32,000 nucleotides of DNA from Candidatus Saccharimonadota bacterium (GTDB lineage Bacteria; Pseudomonadota; Gammaproteobacteria; Enterobacterales; Enterobacteriaceae), in NCBI GenBank assembly GCA_049942775.1, contig CP188087.1, positions 330,001 to 362,000 of the forward strand, read 5' to 3'. A program made the position numbers and the translations under genes. How positions within the stretch are numbered: the first letter of the stretch is position 1; the number at the start of each line of letters is the position of its first letter. Of this stretch, positions 28,944 to 32,000 are shown piece after piece. The notes under the pieces are model-generated. The model did not search any database. It was given only the letters and a program-made list of their open reading frames with translations, and had not been told where the DNA came from.

Positions 28944-30089
28944 ATGAATTGTGAATCATCTTTTTCAAAATTAAGAAATAAAATAGACATAATTGATAAA
29001 AAAATAATTTTTTTATTAAAAGCAAGATGCTTTGTATCAAAAAAAATTGCTTTATACAAAAAAAAAAACAATAAACCAATAAAAGACAAACAAAGAGAAA
29101 AAGAAATTATAAAAAAAATAATCAATATGTCTACAAAAAAACAATTGAATCCAGAATATGCGAAAAAAATATTTAAAATTATTATAAATGAATCAGTAAT
29201 ACTACAAGAACTTATCATAAAAAAAAATGAAAATTCAAATTTCAAAAAAATATTTTTTTTAGGACCTGTAGGATCCTATTCACACCAAGCTGTAATTAAA
29301 TTTTGTAATTTTTATTTAAAAAAAATAAAAATACATGCATGCAAAAATTTTTTTCAAATAGTAAAATATACAACGAATAAAACTGAAAATAATCTTTCAA
29401 TTTTACCATTATATAACACCTATTCAGGTGCTATTCATGAAGTATATGATTTATTACAAAACACCAATTTATCTATTATTAACGAAATAAAAATTTCAAT
29501 AAATCATTATTTGTTAACTAGAAAAAAATGCAGAATAGAAAATATAAAAATTATTTATTCTCATTATCAACCTATAAAACAATGTAGTGATTTTTTAAAA
29601 AAAAATAAAAATTGGACAATTAAATATACAAATAGTAGTTCTGAAGCATTGCAAAAAATATCTAAAGAAAAAAAAAGAAATATAGCTGCTATAGGTGGGA
29701 AGTTAGGTAAAAAAATATATAATTTATATTCAGTAAAAAAAAATATTAATAACAAGAAAAATAATATTACAACTTTTATAGTTTTAGGGAAACAAAAAAA
29801 AATAACCTACAAAAACAACAATAAACTAATGCTAATATTAAATGATAATATAAAATTTAATTATATTACTGATATAATATCAAATATAGATAAAAAAAAT
29901 ATGCTAATTAATAATATTGAATCAAGACCATCTATAAAAAATGATATGGAAAAAATATTTTTTATTGAAATTTTATTAATGAATAATATTAATTTTGATA
30001 TAAAAAATTGTTTTTTTTTAAAAATTTCAAAACTAATAAAAAAAAAAGTAATTAAAATATTAGGTTGTTATTCTTCATCAAACATTTAA
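28944..30089 (+). CDS. pheA: Bifunctional chorismate mutase / prephenate dehydratase (P-protein)
   Basis: The ORF track starts at TTG 28920. The likely start is ATG 28944 (MNCESSFSKLRNKIDIIDKKIIFLLKAR versus E. coli [28 protein letters not shown]). It contains the CM domain, the PDT domain (FLGPVGSYSHQA) and a C-terminal ACT-like domain with IESRPS. Confidence 0.9.
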   Translation: MNCESSFSKLRNKIDIIDKKIIFLLKARCFVSKKIALYKKKNNKPIKDKQREKEIIKKIINMSTKKQLNPEYAKKIFKIIINESVILQELIIKKNENSNFKKIFFLGPVGSYSHQAVIKFCNFYLKKIKIHACKNFFQIVKYTTNKTENNLSILPLYNTYSGAIHEVYDLLQNTNLSIINEIKISINHYLLTRKKCRIENIKIIYSHYQPIKQCSDFLKKNKNWTIKYTNSSSEALQKISKEKKRNIAAIGGKLGKKIYNLYSVKKNINNKKNNITTFIVLGKQKKITYKNNNKLMLILNDNIKFNYITDIISNIDKKNMLINNIESRPSIKNDMEKIFFIEILLMNNINFDIKNCFFLKISKLIKKKVIKILGCYSSSNI

Positions 30090-30249
30090 ATTCAAAATAT
30101 CAAAATTCTTTAATAATTTCACAATAATGTTTGTTTTTTTTAATAACATAATCTTTATGATAAAAAACTAATTCTATTAAAACGTATCTTTATTAACAAT
30201 TTTCATTATTTTGAGATTTTAAACAAACAAAAAATTATTTGAGACAATC

Positions 30250-31597
<1,348 letters not shown>

Positions 31598-31712
31598 TTA
31601 GTTTAATTGACAATTTTTCATAATTTTAAATTGTTAAATAAATTTAATTTATATATAAATGCAGTATTATAAACTATAATTAGTTTAATTAATTAGTTGA
31701 GAGGTAAAAATT

Positions 31713-31964
31713 TTGGTAAAAATTCGTTTAGCAAGACATGGTAATAAAAAAAAACCTTTTTATAAAATCGTAGTAGCAGATAGCCGTTTTTTTAGAAATG
31801 GAAGATTTATAGAAAAAATTGGATTTTTTAACCCCATTGAAAAAGAAAATTCTAAAAAACTATCTATTAATTTAGATAATTTAAAACAATGGATTAGTAA
31901 AGGAGCACAATTATCTCAAAAAATTAAGTTTTTAATAAAAAAACTAAAAGAAAAAAAAAGATAA
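31713..31964 (+). CDS. rpsP: 30S ribosomal protein S16
   Basis: 83 aa. (M)VKIRLARHGNKKKPFYKIVVADSRFFRNGRFIEKIGFFNP matches E. coli S16. The start is TTG at 31713, with GAGGT (31701-31705) 7 nt upstream. Confidence 0.95.
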   Translation: MVKIRLARHGNKKKPFYKIVVADSRFFRNGRFIEKIGFFNPIEKENSKKLSINLDNLKQWISKGAQLSQKIKFLIKKLKEKKR

Positions 31965-32000
31965 AATTTATTTTTTTAATTATTAATTTTAAATAAATCA

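Overview
This window is extremely AT-rich (about 20% GC or less by eye, and about 8% in some spacers). It uses the standard genetic code: TGA is a stop, for example at the end of obg (27717-27719). It is densely packed with conserved gammaproteobacterial housekeeping genes.

Gene content and order: ompF-asnS / trhO-valS-pepA / argI-ridA / deaD-pnp-rpsO-truB-rbfA-infB-nusA / tRNA-Leu-secG-ftsH-rlmE-greA / ibaG-rplU-rpmA-obg / rpsI-rplM / pheA-ffh-rpsP. The proteins show K/N/I-rich drift and there are many poly(A) runs. Together these fit a strongly reduced insect endosymbiont of the Buchnera aphidicola type. That assignment is an inference from synteny and composition, not a database hit.

I support 27 protein genes, one tRNA and a few GC-containing hairpin terminators. 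Two of the protein genes are interrupted by very long poly(A) tracts. I see no CRISPR array, mobile element, defence island, toxin-antitoxin pair or other accessory cargo, and nothing I can honestly call a novel multi-gene system. This is core, syntenic genome.

Observations most worth a second look:
1. The essential SRP gene ffh is split by an A27 tract, and argI by an A25 (+A12) tract. Both need the same -1/+2 nt correction, which makes them candidates for rescue by transcriptional slippage or ribosome sliding, or for homopolymer-length assembly error.
2. A 1.1-kb gene-free spacer of about 8% GC lies between asnS and trhO in an otherwise tightly packed genome.
3. ValRS lacks its C-terminal coiled-coil.
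4. The tRNA-Leu(GAG) is unusually long, has no encoded CCA, and is followed by a terminator.
5. Small exact repeats containing G/C sit in two regulatory spacers.

All homology statements come from my recollection of E. coli orthologue sequences. None was computed.
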